Shown here piece after piece: positions 12,390-24,000 of a DNA stretch of 64,000 bases. How positions within the stretch are numbered: position 1 is the stretch's first letter; the number at the start of each line of letters is the position of its first letter. Location of the stretch: NCBI GenBank assembly GCA_905178155.1, contig CAJINV010000005.1:42254-106253 (forward strand). The letters run 5' to 3'. The notes under the pieces were generated by a model that was not told the origin of the DNA, searched no databases, and was given only the letters and a program-made list of their open reading frames with translations. The stretch is from Amoebophrya sp. A120. Taxonomy: Eukaryota; Protista; Dinoflagellata. The position numbers were made by a program, and so were the translations under genes.

Positions 12390-15300
12390 TTACTTTCCCT
12401 GAAATTCCCGCAGCAACAATCCTGCTGCTCCTCCGTGCTCCTGCAAAGCGTCCTTCAAGTCCACGGTGCGGTCGCCCAGGCCCAGCTCCGGAAATTCTTT
12501 CATCAGTTCATTCTCCATTTCCTCGTCGAAGTTCATGTGCGACTCCGCGCTGCTGTCCGAAGACGCGTCGTCAGCATCTTCGTCTTTACCTTCCTGCTGC
12601 TTTAACACCCGCTTCGCAGGCTTCGACAGTCGCGCCCCTGCTGCCAGCGTCGTCTTTTGGCAGCTGCCACTGCTGCGACCACCACTACCCGCCACAACGC
12701 CGCTCTTAGCTCCTGCGGCTTCTGCCACTTGCTGAATCGCCGCTTTCGGAATGGCGGTGGGCTCGGACGGGATTTTTGTCTCTCCTCCTCCCGCTTGATG
12801 CTTTTTCACCAAAGTCGCTTGTTTCTCTGCTTGACTCTTTTTCGCTTCCGACGCGATGTCGTTGATGATGATTTGCTTTTTGTGTCCCGGAAGATCGTTG
12901 TCATAGGCAAACGGGCTCGCATTTTCCCTCAATTTTTGAAAAAATTTCTTGTCGCTCTCGACCAAATCGATTTCGTCCTCGTCGTCGCTTAAATTGTTTT
13001 TGTCGCCGTGTAGGTCCTCGTCCGTTTCCATGCACGCTTTGGTCATCATGTCCTCGTCGATGTCGTCGATGCGCAGATTTTCATACAATTTCTGCTTCTT
13101 GCTCCGCATGCCGCTGCCGCCGCCGCCGCCAAACAGCTCCGCGCGCAGATCCTCATTGTGGCGACGCAGCAGTTCTGCATCGTGTCCCTCCTTGTCGGAG
13201 GACGTGGGCGAAAGTTTCTTCGGAGCAACAGCGGTTGGGGTCATAAAGGAAGTTGTTCTTGTTGCGGGGGAGGCTGAAATGCTTGTCGTGGATGACATTA
13301 AATTGTTGGTGCTACACGCAGTAGAACTATTGCTCGGGGTCGTCGCGGATGCAGCTGTTTTAGCACTAGCGGTCTTGCTTTCAGCTGCACCGTCCTCCTC
13401 AACGTCATTCTCGGAAATTGTGGGTAACAAGGTCGCTTTTACTTTGGAAGACGTTGGTTTGCTCAGCTGTGCCTTCTTTGGTAGGTGCTCTTCTGCTTCG
13501 GTGTCAGCTGCAAGGACATCATCTTCCTGTTCATCTTCGTCGTCCATGCCCAGTTCCTGTAAGAACTTCGCCACGTCTATTGCTTCGTCCGACTTTTTCG
13601 TCCACTGTCCTTCTTTCAGCTCCTTCTCCAGCATCACGATCAGCTCCTTTTCCCGCCGCTGCTCTGCCAGCCACTCCCGCCGAGAAATCGCGTCGCGAGC
13701 CAGGTCGATGCCGGAGCCTTTGTCGCAAGTCTCTGCTTGTCGTTCCGTGTTTATTTCTTCATCTCGCTGATGTTCCGCCGTATTGGTCGTGTCTGTCTTC
13801 GTACTGATCCCCTCTTTCTTCTCGTCCCCAGCACAACCAGCAACAGAAGCTGCTTCAGTAGTAGATGCGTTGTCCTCTTTATCCGCAGAGGACCCAACTT
13901 TCGCTTCGCTTTCACAAGAAGCAGAAACACCGGTCGCTTTCTGGAGCAGATCCGTACCGCTCTCCGGCTGCTCGCTCTTCATCTCCCCTACTACTTCTTC
14001 ACCCTCCTTCGGCGGTTGCGCGTGGATTTTGTCATAGTCTTCCTGCCATTTTTTCTTCGCAAAATCCCGTTCTTTCAGACCCGCGTTCGGTTTCAACACG
14101 TAGTTTTTGATTCGCACCGACTTTTTCACGTCGTTTTGCCACTCTTGCGTGTCCCACAGGGCGTGCTCCTTCTCTTTGTCATGTTCGGAAGTCAAGTTGA
14201 TGTTGGTTTCGGAACCTCTTGCAGTATCGCGCTCGTACTGCGCAACCAGCGGGGTGCCGCCAGTGAAGGTAGTCGCTGTAGTTGATGTGCCAGCAGCTTG
14301 TTCTTGTCCAGAGCAGGTCTGTTTGTCTCCGTTTTTGGAGGTCGTTGTAATATCTGCATTCTCCTCCTTTTCCTCCTGTCGCTTCGTCTGTTCCTCATCG
14401 GAATCGGAATCCGTCTCGTCGTCATCCGATCGACGACTCAAAGTGCGGAACTTCTTCTTCTCCGCATCTGTCGCTTTGTCATTTTTCAGGCAACTCGTGC
14501 GCAGTTTTCGGTACGTGGTGTAGGAAAACGCCTGCCGGTCCTTCAATTGCGCGGCGAGGCTTACAGAAGGGTAAGCAGAGCTAGCAGCTGCCGCTGCGCT
14601 ATTGTCACTATTTTTTTCCTGTTCTTTGGACGATTCGACAGGACCTCCACTCACCTTGGATGCGGTTGTAGTCGCAGGTGATGCTTTGGAGGTAGCAGCT
14701 TGTTCGGCAGAAGACGCAGAAGTGCCTTTAATATTCTTGTCCGATTTATTCATCTCCTCGTCGCTTGCACTCTCGACACCAGAAGACGCCACGTCTTCGT
14801 CGTCGGTTTCGGCTTCATCGTCACTTTCTGAAAAGAAGTTCTCCGGGTCGATGCCATCCACGCCGGAAATCTTTCCCAAAATGTCCTGCAATTTCCCGCC
14901 TAACTTTTCCGCCTCCTTCTCGTCCATGTTGTCAAACTTCTGGAACTCGTCCAGTCTCTGTTGCAGGTCCGCATCCAGCTCGGTCGGATCCACGGTCAGC
15001 CAGTCTAACGGGGAGTTTTCGACAGGGGTTTTGCTGTTGTTATTTTGTGAGACAGAAACAGGACTACAAGGGATGTTGGTGCTAGGCGCTTGATTATTGC
15101 TTGCTTTATTCTTCATCTCGTGCTCGTTCACGTTCGCCGACGCTGCGGTATTAACGCTCAAGTGGTCGATCTCGTTCTCCTCTACGAACTTTTTAAAGCC
15201 GTCTCGAAACCGCAGCCACCCGCTCCCGAAAGACAGCGTTTCCCCGTTCAGAAAGAAGCAGCACTGCAACGCGAAACTCACCAAGGCACCCATCTTTGCC

Positions 15301-16448
15301 GCGGCCTCGCGGTCCCTGTTGGACAGCGAAGCACGGGCTGGTGTCTTGGAAGAGTCGAGATTTGTAGTTGTGGTTTCGTGGAATTTGTAGTACTCCAGGG
15401 CCAGAAATTCCCGTGGCAACTTTATCTCCAGCAAGTAGTGCTGCAGCTTGGCGAAATGCAACCGCGTGAAGCGCACCGGGTGCAGAATCGCGGTCTCCGC
15501 GTCGGTGAAAAAATTCGGCCCGGCGGACGTTATGAACTTGCAGTATTGATGTTGTTCTGCTGTACTACTAATATGATCCTTGATCTCCTTCATTCCCTTC
15601 TTCAAATCTACTGCGGGCGGCGGTGGCACGTGCATCATCGCGTCGGAAATCACTGCTGGATACTTTTCCAGCAACAAAGCCACGTTTTTCGGCAACACAC
15701 ACTGGAACCAGTGGGTGCAATGCTCTAGTGCTTTCTTCGGAAAGCTCTCGATCTTCTGCTGCAATTGCCGCTGCACGTTGGCCTTCGCAATTGTCCGCCC
15801 GCTGTCCGCGTGCTTCTGCAGGTAGTGCAACGCGGTTGGTAGCGAAAGTTCGGCCAGTAGCGGGTTCTTTGTACAACTCGTCGCTTGCTTGCTCAATGAA
15901 CTACTGGCGGGGGCACCACCGGCTTTATTATGATCGCCGCCATGTCCAGCACCAGCAGCACTGCATTTGACCGGATCGAGCAAATGCACACAGCCGTCGC
16001 GCAGGAAGATCCGGTTCACAGCCGTCTCTGGATTCACCCATTTGGGAAGGGTCAGAGCCGCTTCAATCGCCAAGAACGACCCGTCCTGATCTTCCAGCAC
16101 AACGGAGCACTCGCCGATGTTTTTCGTCACCCGGTTCTTCATCAAATAGAACAAAAACCACTCGTCCCGCGGCTCGTCGCCGGTTCGGATGCGGGCTTCG
16201 AGGCAGGCAGGCTCGAGCGCATTTATCTGCGCCTTTTCCTCCAAAAAAAACTGGTCCCGGCACCACAGGTAGGACTGTAAGTCCTGCTTCAGGTGCTTGT
16301 TCAGAATTTCTTGTTTCCACTCGGTGAGCGATTTCTTGCTGTCACTGTCGATGTAGATCTTGGCGACGCAGTAGTCGTCCACGTTGGCGTGCTTCCCGAA
16401 GACGGAATCCCACTCGGAACCGTCCTGGTACTGCGTGGGGTCAACCAT
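12390..16448 (-). CDS. ecd: Ecdysoneless / SGT1 (Ecd) family protein with long acidic C-terminal extension
   Basis: 1352-aa ORF. YLWCRDQF, GDEPRDEWFLFYL and DQDGSFLAIEAALTLPKWVNPETAVNRIF match the Ecd N-terminal signature (DEWF...D.DGEFLLIEAA..LPKWL.PE...NRVF). Confidence 0.85.
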   Translation of the reverse strand: MVDPTQYQDGSEWDSVFGKHANVDDYCVAKIYIDSDSKKSLTEWKQEILNKHLKQDLQSYLWCRDQFFLEEKAQINALEPACLEARIRTGDEPRDEWFLFYLMKNRVTKNIGECSVVLEDQDGSFLAIEAALTLPKWVNPETAVNRIFLRDGCVHLLDPVKCSAAGAGHGGDHNKAGGAPASSSLSKQATSCTKNPLLAELSLPTALHYLQKHADSGRTIAKANVQRQLQQKIESFPKKALEHCTHWFQCVLPKNVALLLEKYPAVISDAMMHVPPPPAVDLKKGMKEIKDHISSTAEQHQYCKFITSAGPNFFTDAETAILHPVRFTRLHFAKLQHYLLEIKLPREFLALEYYKFHETTTTNLDSSKTPARASLSNRDREAAAKMGALVSFALQCCFFLNGETLSFGSGWLRFRDGFKKFVEENEIDHLSVNTAASANVNEHEMKNKASNNQAPSTNIPCSPVSVSQNNNSKTPVENSPLDWLTVDPTELDADLQQRLDEFQKFDNMDEKEAEKLGGKLQDILGKISGVDGIDPENFFSESDDEAETDDEDVASSGVESASDEEMNKSDKNIKGTSASSAEQAATSKASPATTTASKVSGGPVESSKEQEKNSDNSAAAAASSAYPSVSLAAQLKDRQAFSYTTYRKLRTSCLKNDKATDAEKKKFRTLSRRSDDDETDSDSDEEQTKRQEEKEENADITTTSKNGDKQTCSGQEQAAGTSTTATTFTGGTPLVAQYERDTARGSETNINLTSEHDKEKEHALWDTQEWQNDVKKSVRIKNYVLKPNAGLKERDFAKKKWQEDYDKIHAQPPKEGEEVVGEMKSEQPESGTDLLQKATGVSASCESEAKVGSSADKEDNASTTEAASVAGCAGDEKKEGISTKTDTTNTAEHQRDEEINTERQAETCDKGSGIDLARDAISRREWLAEQRREKELIVMLEKELKEGQWTKKSDEAIDVAKFLQELGMDDEDEQEDDVLAADTEAEEHLPKKAQLSKPTSSKVKATLLPTISENDVEEDGAAESKTASAKTAASATTPSNSSTACSTNNLMSSTTSISASPATRTTSFMTPTAVAPKKLSPTSSDKEGHDAELLRRHNEDLRAELFGGGGGSGMRSKKQKLYENLRIDDIDEDMMTKACMETDEDLHGDKNNLSDDEDEIDLVESDKKFFQKLRENASPFAYDNDLPGHKKQIIINDIASEAKKSQAEKQATLVKKHQAGGGETKIPSEPTAIPKAAIQQVAEAAGAKSGVVAGSGGRSSGSCQKTTLAAGARLSKPAKRVLKQQEGKDEDADDASSDSSAESHMNFDEEMENELMKEFPELGLGDRTVDLKDALQEHGGAAGLLLREFQGK

Positions 16449-17729
16449 TTTGCTTTGGTTTCCTTGTTTTCCCTCTTCTTCTGTTATAGCAAGATGTTGA
16501 AAATGTAGTAGTTAGGTTCGTTGCGGAAGTCAAACATAATAAAGAAGGTGAAAACTAGTGAAGGATAAAGGTTTCTAACAATAGCAAAAACTGAGACCAA
16601 GCCTGCATCAACTCAATCGATTTCCACACATATGAAACTCAGTCACACAGATCGCTTGGAGGGTTTGATTTGAAACAATTTGGCGTTTCGGAAAAGATCA
16701 GATCGCACTGGTATCAGACCGTCCACGTTGAGCACTACACCTGGATCGTTTCTTGCAGATTCTATTTTCCTTGCATCTAATTTTCGAAAACGTCGCCACC
16801 TCGTGGATTACTAGAAAAATACGGATCTCATTCCCAGTATGATAGATTTTCAGATCGTCCTATCGACAGGTGCCGGTCGCTGGTTCTGACTACGAGATCA
16901 TGACGAGTACGACTCGTGCATCGTTTTCATGTTCTGTTCGACCTTCCAGCCAATAGTTCCGGTGTACTACGCGACTTCCTGTGAACGAGAATCCGGGCGA
17001 AAACAAGGCCTGTTCGCGAATCGCAAAAACCACTAAGCGTCGACGTCAGTCGCAGGGTATTAATGCTTTAGTATCATCATGTCATGTCGTGCTTCTTGGA
17101 TAATAGTGACGCATCTGCTATGTCCCATGGTTCAGCGTCTTCTGGGAAGACGTCATGCAGGAGAAGTGCAAACATAAAGCCATCGCATCATCGGCATATC
17201 TTTAATGCTTCCCTCACCATCTGTGTACTTCCGCCATAACCATAAATCGGAGATATCGTGAGAGCGGATTCTATGCGAGACGAGGACTGAAATTCTTGAC
17301 TTCTACCAGAAATGTCATGCTAGTAGGTAGCTAGATTTCATGTTGTCAAGCTGTCATTTTTCTTTCTTCGAAATATTCCTGCATTGACATATCGATACAG
17401 TATTGAAACATACGTAACCGCAAAAAAAGAAGTGATGCGACTTCTGCTGTAGTGCAGCAGGATGAAGTCTAGGCATTGGAAAATCAAAATCTACTATAGT
17501 TGCATTTTGGTGCACGAATTTTCTGCAACTGCTTTGTACCGGAAGTAAGCAACACACCAGCCGCACTCGCCAAGGAAAAAGTCGAAGATGAATTTTTGGG
17601 ACCGACTGTGGTAGTCGTGTGAATTATAACTCCTATTGCTGAGCGGTGTGAGTTAAAATTTTGCAACGGGAAAGAAAATCGCCCACGCCGGAAATTTTTT
17701 CACAGTTTTAAAACTTTCCAAAGCTGTCG

Positions 17730-18780
17730 CGATTTGCGAAATCTATCGGCCAACGGCCAACGGCGAATCGCCCAAGTCCCATGGCAGACGGCGAATCGCC
17801 CAACGTCGAACCGCCCAAGTCCAATGGCAAGCGGCAAATCGCGCAGCGGCGAATCGCCCAAGTCACATCGCAAACGGCGAATCGGCCAACGGCGAATCGC
17901 CCAAGTCACATCGCAAACGGCGAATCGCCCAAGTCCCGGCGCAACTCGAAACATTTTGCAACTCCAAACATTTTGCAACTCGAAATATTTTGCAACCCCA
18001 AGTCCAAACATTTCGCCTCTTCAAATATTTTGCGGCTCGAAATATTTCGCAAGTCTAAATATTTTGCAACTCAGAATATTTCGCAAGTCCAAATATTTTG
18101 CCACTTAAAATATTTCGCAAGTCCAAACATTTTGCAACGCAAAATATTTTGCGACCCAAAATATTTCGCGGCCTAAAATATTTTGCGGCCCAAAATATTT
18201 CTCAATCGCCCTCGCCATTTGCGAAATCGGCCAAAGGCCAACGGCCAACGGCGAATCGCCCAAGTCCCATGGCAAACGGCGAATCGCCCAACGGCGAATC
18301 GCCCAAGTCCCATGGAAAACGGCAAAGCGCCCAACGGCGAATCGCCCAAGTCCCATCGCAAGCGGCGAATCGCCCAAAGGCGAATCGCCCAAGTCCCATC
18401 GCAAACGGCGAATCGCCCGAGTCCCATTGCAACTCCGAATATTTTGCAACTCGAAATATTTTGCAACTCCAAACATTTTGCAACTCGAAATATTTTGCAA
18501 CCCCAAGTCCAAACATTTCGCCTCTTCAAATATTTTGCGGCTCAAAATATTTCGCGAGTCCAACTACTTCGCAACGCGAAATATTTTGCCATTCCAAATA
18601 TTTTGCAACTCAAAATATTTCGCAAGTCCAAATATTTTGCAACGCAAAATATTTTGCGACCCAAAATATTTTGCGGGTCAAAATATTTCGCGATCGAAAA
18701 TATTTTGCGACCCCAAATATTTTGCAATCCCCGGAAAATATTTTCAGGCGCCAACATTTTGCAACAATCTCCCAAAACCC
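17730..18780. repeat. Compound minisatellite: blocks of cggcgaatcgcccaagtccca-type and ~17-bp aaatattttgcaactc-type units in an A-B-A-B higher-order duplication (~500 bp)
   Basis: A blocks ~17746-17940 and ~18225-18428; B blocks ~17941-18200 and ~18429-18775. 17941-18038 recurs almost exactly at ~18446-18543. Confidence 0.95.
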
Positions 18781-18802
18781 TGCCTCCCCGGTTTTGCAGC
18801 TT

Positions 18803-19570
18803 GGGGAAGGCGGGAAGCACGGGGAAAGCGGGAAACACGGGGAAAGCGGGAAACACGGGGAAAGCGGGAAACACGGGGAAAGCGGGAAGCACGGCGAAAG
18901 CGGGAAGCACGGGGAAAGCGGGAAGCACGGGGAAAGCGGGACGCACGGGGGAAGCGGGGAGCACGGGGAAAGCGGGAAGCACGGGGAAGGCGGGGGGCAC
19001 GGGGAAAGCGGGAGGCACGGGGAAAGCGGGGAGCGCGGGGTAGGCGAGGAGCACGAGGGAAGCGGGTTGCGCGGGCGGGGAAAGCGTGCGGGAGGCACGG
19101 GGAAGGCGGGAAACGCGGGGAAAGCGGGAAACACGGGGAAAACGGGAAGCACGGGGAAAGCGGGAAGCACGGGGAAAGCGGAAAGCACGGGGAAGGCGGG
19201 AAGCACGGGGAAAGCGGGGAGCACGGGGAAAGCGGGAAGCACGGGGAAAGCGGGAAGCACGGGGAAAGCGGGAAGCACGGGGAAGGCGGGAAGCACGGGG
19301 AGAGCGGGAAGCACGGCGAAAGCGGGAAGCACGGGGAAAGCGGGAAGAACGGGGAACGCGGGAAGCACGGGGAAAGCGGGCAGCACGGGAAAAGTAAGCG
19401 GGAAGCACAGGGAAAGCGGGAAGCACGGGCAAAGCGGGAAGCACGGGGAAGGCGGGAAGCACGGGGAAAGCGGGAAGCACAGGGAGAGCGGGAAGCACGG
19501 GGAACGCGGGGAGCACGGGGAAAACGCGAAGCACGGGGAAGGCGGGAAACACGGGGAAGGCGGGAGGCAC
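18803..19570. repeat. 18-bp purine-rich minisatellite (gcgggaagcacggggaaa)n
   Basis: Dozens of tandem 18-bp units with point variants and one degenerate patch near 19030-19090; the plus strand is nearly T-free. Confidence 0.95.
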
Positions 19571-21028
19571 GAGCGGAGGGCGCACAGACGGCGGGGGGCA
19601 CACACGGCGTGGGTGCGAACGCCGCCGGCGGCCAAGCACCAGGCGAGCAGCTGCCCACCACCCTCCCCCGGCGCCCTTCTTCTGCTCGCGCAGGGAAGGC
19701 CGCGCCCCAGCACCAGGCTGCCCGCCACCCTCCCCCGGCGCCCTCCCTCTGTCTTTGTGTTCAAGAGGAGGCCGGCAGAGGGCGCCACCGTCCGCCGTCT
19801 CTGTCTTGGAGGGTGCGCGCGAGATAAGCAGGCGGGCGCGGGACAGATTGCGTGCGAGCTAACGCGGGGGGGCGCCGTTGTTGTCCGGGGGTGCTGGGGG
19901 AGGGTGGTGGGCCCCTGCGCCTGAAGGGCTATGAATGTCCCGCCCCGACGCCCGTCCTCCATCCACGCGCGCGACAGGCCCCCCAGCGAGCCCCTGAGCT
20001 GCAAGGCTGCGCGCGGGAGAAGAGCGGGGGGTGGCACCAAGGCGCGCAGAGGCGGGGCACACAGGCGGGCGGCACGAACGGGCCACGCCGCAGACGCGCG
20101 GGCGGGGCGTCACGCGCCAGCGCCTCGCATGGCGCGGACTGTTCCCCTGCATTCTTCCTCCGTCCACTGGCGCGCGCCCGCTGCCGCGCTTTGCGTTGTT
20201 GCTGGGGCCTAAGGCTTGCCGCCACGCAAGCGCGCGCCCGGTGCGGGCGAAGTCCTCGCGCTCGCACAACGACGGGAACCACGGGCGCCATGGCGATCCG
20301 CCTTCGTTCTTTCAGCAAGAATCGGCGCAGATGCCTGGCCCCGCCCTGCGTCAGAAATTTTTTCCCTTGCCCACCCTCTGACGTTTTTCTCTCCCCCCTG
20401 TCCACTCGTTCACCCTCCCACTACGCGACATAAGCTGCTGCCTTGTATGTCCTGATTGATGCAAAAAAATAGGGAAACGAACCACCACAACTCAGCCTAA
20501 AAAATAAAATCTACACTCATCTACGCTATTTGTTGCAATAGTGGCTGGCTCGAAGCAGGAACTGATATTTGTATCACTCGGTACATGAAAATAAGTTTTT
20601 TTTCAATTTGCTTGGCATACGGACCGCTAGAACTACATAGCCAAATCAAATGCGACCCCAATTGTTCCATTTTTTCTGATTTCTTCTGACAGAAAAATAT
20701 GCCTATGCATTTGTCCCTAGTGGAAATTATACATGTGGAAGTTGAAATCTTCTATCTCTGCATTTTTTGCGAAACTGAAAAGTCATAATTTCTACGGTAG
20801 GGATAAAATGGGGCTGCGAACATGCCAAACCAATAAAACATGTTTAGAAACGACAATGTTGGTCAGGAATAGTTGTACAACGAACTAGATCGAACAAACA
20901 ACTATGAAGAAATAAACAAAACTGAAAGTGAAAGTGAAAACAAACAAAATGAACCCGCCGTGGAAAAATTCTAGAAAATCCATGTCCAGCTCGAAAAACA
21001 ACTACTACTAGTAAATCACATTCATTAG

Positions 21029-24000
21029 TTACACGATCTCCGCTCCCCTGGTCGGCAGTGCAGCGTTCTTCTTGTCACTGCTTTCCTTGGTCTCGCTCGT
21101 GTCGTCGTCATCGTCGGAAAGCCCCTCGCCGTCCATCATCTTCAGCAAAACCGAGTCGGGATTGCGCAACAGCTCGCTTTGTCGCTGCTCGGCCAGCTCC
21201 TCGTCGGAGAGTTTGTTGCTCTTCTTCTTCCAGCCGCCCGGAATAAACTTCATGACGCGGCTCTTCAGCGACGTCTCCTCATGCTCTGGCTCGGACATGG
21301 CAGAGACGCCGGAGATCTTCGGGGAAGTAGCATATGAGATTTGGCTCGCTGGCCTTTGCATCTCGTTCGGGTCCTCATCCATGAACACGGAGGCGCGCCG
21401 CGGCTTCATCGTGGTCTTGCCACCTTTCACAGCCTGAGAAGTCCGGTTCCCCTATGCATTGCAAATACCGATTTGGGTCTCAAGACAAAAGATGTGGAAC
21501 CTCTGATGCTTCTTCTCACTAATAATTCTTGCAAATAAAACCGTCTAGCTTGTTGTTGACCAGCAAAGGTGAAGAAAGTTTTGTTTGTCATGCAAGTTTG
21601 CAATGCGCATTTTTCCGAACAGATGAATAAACGGTCATGCTTGGCTCTGCACGTAGAAGTGTTTCAACAACATGCACAGTTCAGCATCACAAGTTTCTTT
21701 TTCCAGACCCAGATCGGTATTTGCAATGCATAGCCCCTTTTCGTCGACAACCTCCTCCTCTTCTTGTTCCTTTTCGCCACAGAAAAAGGCCAACGGAATC
21801 CAGGCCAGCTGTCGGGCCAGCCACCACCAGTGCGCGAAGGTGAGCATGCACATCCCCATGATGGGCACCCAGTGGCGCAGGTGCGGCAGGATGTGGAAGA
21901 ACTCGAACTGGTACCACAGCTCTAACAGCGTAATGACGAATCCGTACGCGCTCTCGCCATGATGCCCACAGTACTTCATCGGCGAAACCGCGTGCTGCAG
22001 GGACAGCGGGATGGCGGCGGTGAATAGCAGCGGTGATACCATGTGTGAGAGAATTGCGGCGTAAATAATGGAACTTGCGGTGTGGTGGACTAGGTACCCG
22101 ATACCGTCAAAGAAACGCGCATACACGTCGACCCAATGCTCCTTGCCGTGCATCAGCCACGGGGCCAGCAACAACGTGGTCACCTCGGGGAACCCGAACT
22201 TGAACAGCGCCGCGAACCAGAGAGGTAACCCCAACCAGGAGGCCGACGCCATGCAGGCCAGACAGAGCGGAACCATGGCCACTTGACCGAACCGCCAGAA
22301 AACTTCTTTATTTTTCATGCGAATAAGCATGGCTCCCAACTTCAGCTCCAGGAACAACCCGCCGAACACAGAGAGTCCCGCGGCGATCAGTCCAAACCCA
22401 AGGGCAATGTTCTTCTTCGCGTCGTACGCAAGCCCGCCCGTCAGCACCGGCGGCACGACCACAATCTTCCACGCACTCAGCAGCCACGGGTAATTCGTCA
22501 TGCGCACGCCCCAGGCGAAATCGGAAATTTCGCTTGCAACTTCTTCTGCATGCTCGTCGCTGAAGAGCAGATTCTGGCCGCTGGCGTCCGACACTGTGTG
22601 CAGCCGCATTTGTCGTGCGAGCTCGCGCGGAATCATGGTGAAAGAGCCGAGCCACTGCTCTTTGCGATACGAAAGCTCCCGCTCCGCGTTCACGAGCAAG
22701 ATGTGCGGGTGCTTGGGGTGGAGGTCGCCGAACCAATTGTTCGTCTGTGATAAAATATTGTTTTTTCCTCACAGGAAATTTTGTACTTGCCATGATCGAA
22801 CGCGATAGACTTCTCAAAGATCGATCGACGTCGTAAGGGTTTCCATATGCTCAACAGTGACATGTAATATGATGTGTAGATGATGATGATGTCTGCAGTG
22901 TGCCCTTTAGCGGACTGTAGAGTAAAAGTAACTAAAATAAAATGCTAAAAATTATACCGCGTGCATCCGGTCGTCTTTCACTTCGAAGTTGTCACGGAAG
23001 TAGCACGTAAGTGATCGCACACCCGTGTTTTTCCAGAACTTGAGATACTCGGCCATCATCGCGGTTTCGTCGTTGAAGGTGCCGTCGGTAAAGTCATCTT
23101 GAATCTGCTTCTGCAAGGGGGCAAAGTCTTTCATGCCGAGTGCGCTTTCGCCGAGAACAGGCGATAAAAGAGAGTAGAAAGGAAATTGACGCGGGTCAGC
23201 CGCCCCAAACGCGGGCTTGAGCATCAGCTCCGGGTGTGGGGTGAAGGAAACCAGACCAACGATGCTGTCCTCCTGCTCATACGCGTTCAGCTTGTGCGCA
23301 GTCGCCCACGCAAGACCGGAACCCAGGGGCGTCGAGTCACCAACTAAGAAGACGCGCGCCCACGTCTCTTCCCCGCCCGACCGCTTCTTGATGTCGAGAA
23401 TCAAGTCCCGCAAAATGTCGCTGGAGGCCCCGAGGAAAGCGCAATCCGCTCCGGGCGTATCGACTAGCCTCGTTGCGTCCTTTCCCCAACCGGGCAGGTT
23501 GACTAACGCGGACGTGGAGCCAGGGCGCTTCTCGTGCAGGTGCTTGAGCACTCTTGTCCAGGACTGCGGCGCGTGCGGAAACCCGTTCAGAAAAATGAAC
23601 AGGGTTGAATCCGTGTCCTCGCCGTCGGTGTTGAATTTGGTCCACGACTGTCCCACGGGAAGGTTGTTCTGCACCGCCTTGCCGTGCACGAATGTCTCAA
23701 TGTTCCAGATTTTGTCGTCCCGGGACCGCACTGAAACCAGTTGGCGAAGCAGATCAACGCCGTGGTGCACGAAGTTCGGGTTTCCGGCCTTGCACTGGTA
23801 TGGCCCCGGGCCAACCGGCGCCGTCGGCAGGTACTTGTCGACGTTTTTCAGAAACCACCGCCACGCGACGTTACGGCCGGGGCACTTTCGCTGAGCGCGC
23901 ATGAAGCGCTCCGATTCCGTTTGCACGCGCGGCTCCACCAATAACAAATCTTCTTGCGCAACTTCGGCTGTGGCAGTGCCCGTTGTAACCTGCTTTAGCA

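Noticed and set aside
16709-16718. tggtatcaga resembling an LTR primer-binding site
   Set aside because: No adjacent LTR or gag/pol remnant is visible.
17700-20040. Long ORFs in several frames (e.g. 18098-19924, GESGKH repeats)
   Set aside because: They arise from stop-free tandem repeats open on both strands; nothing else supports coding.
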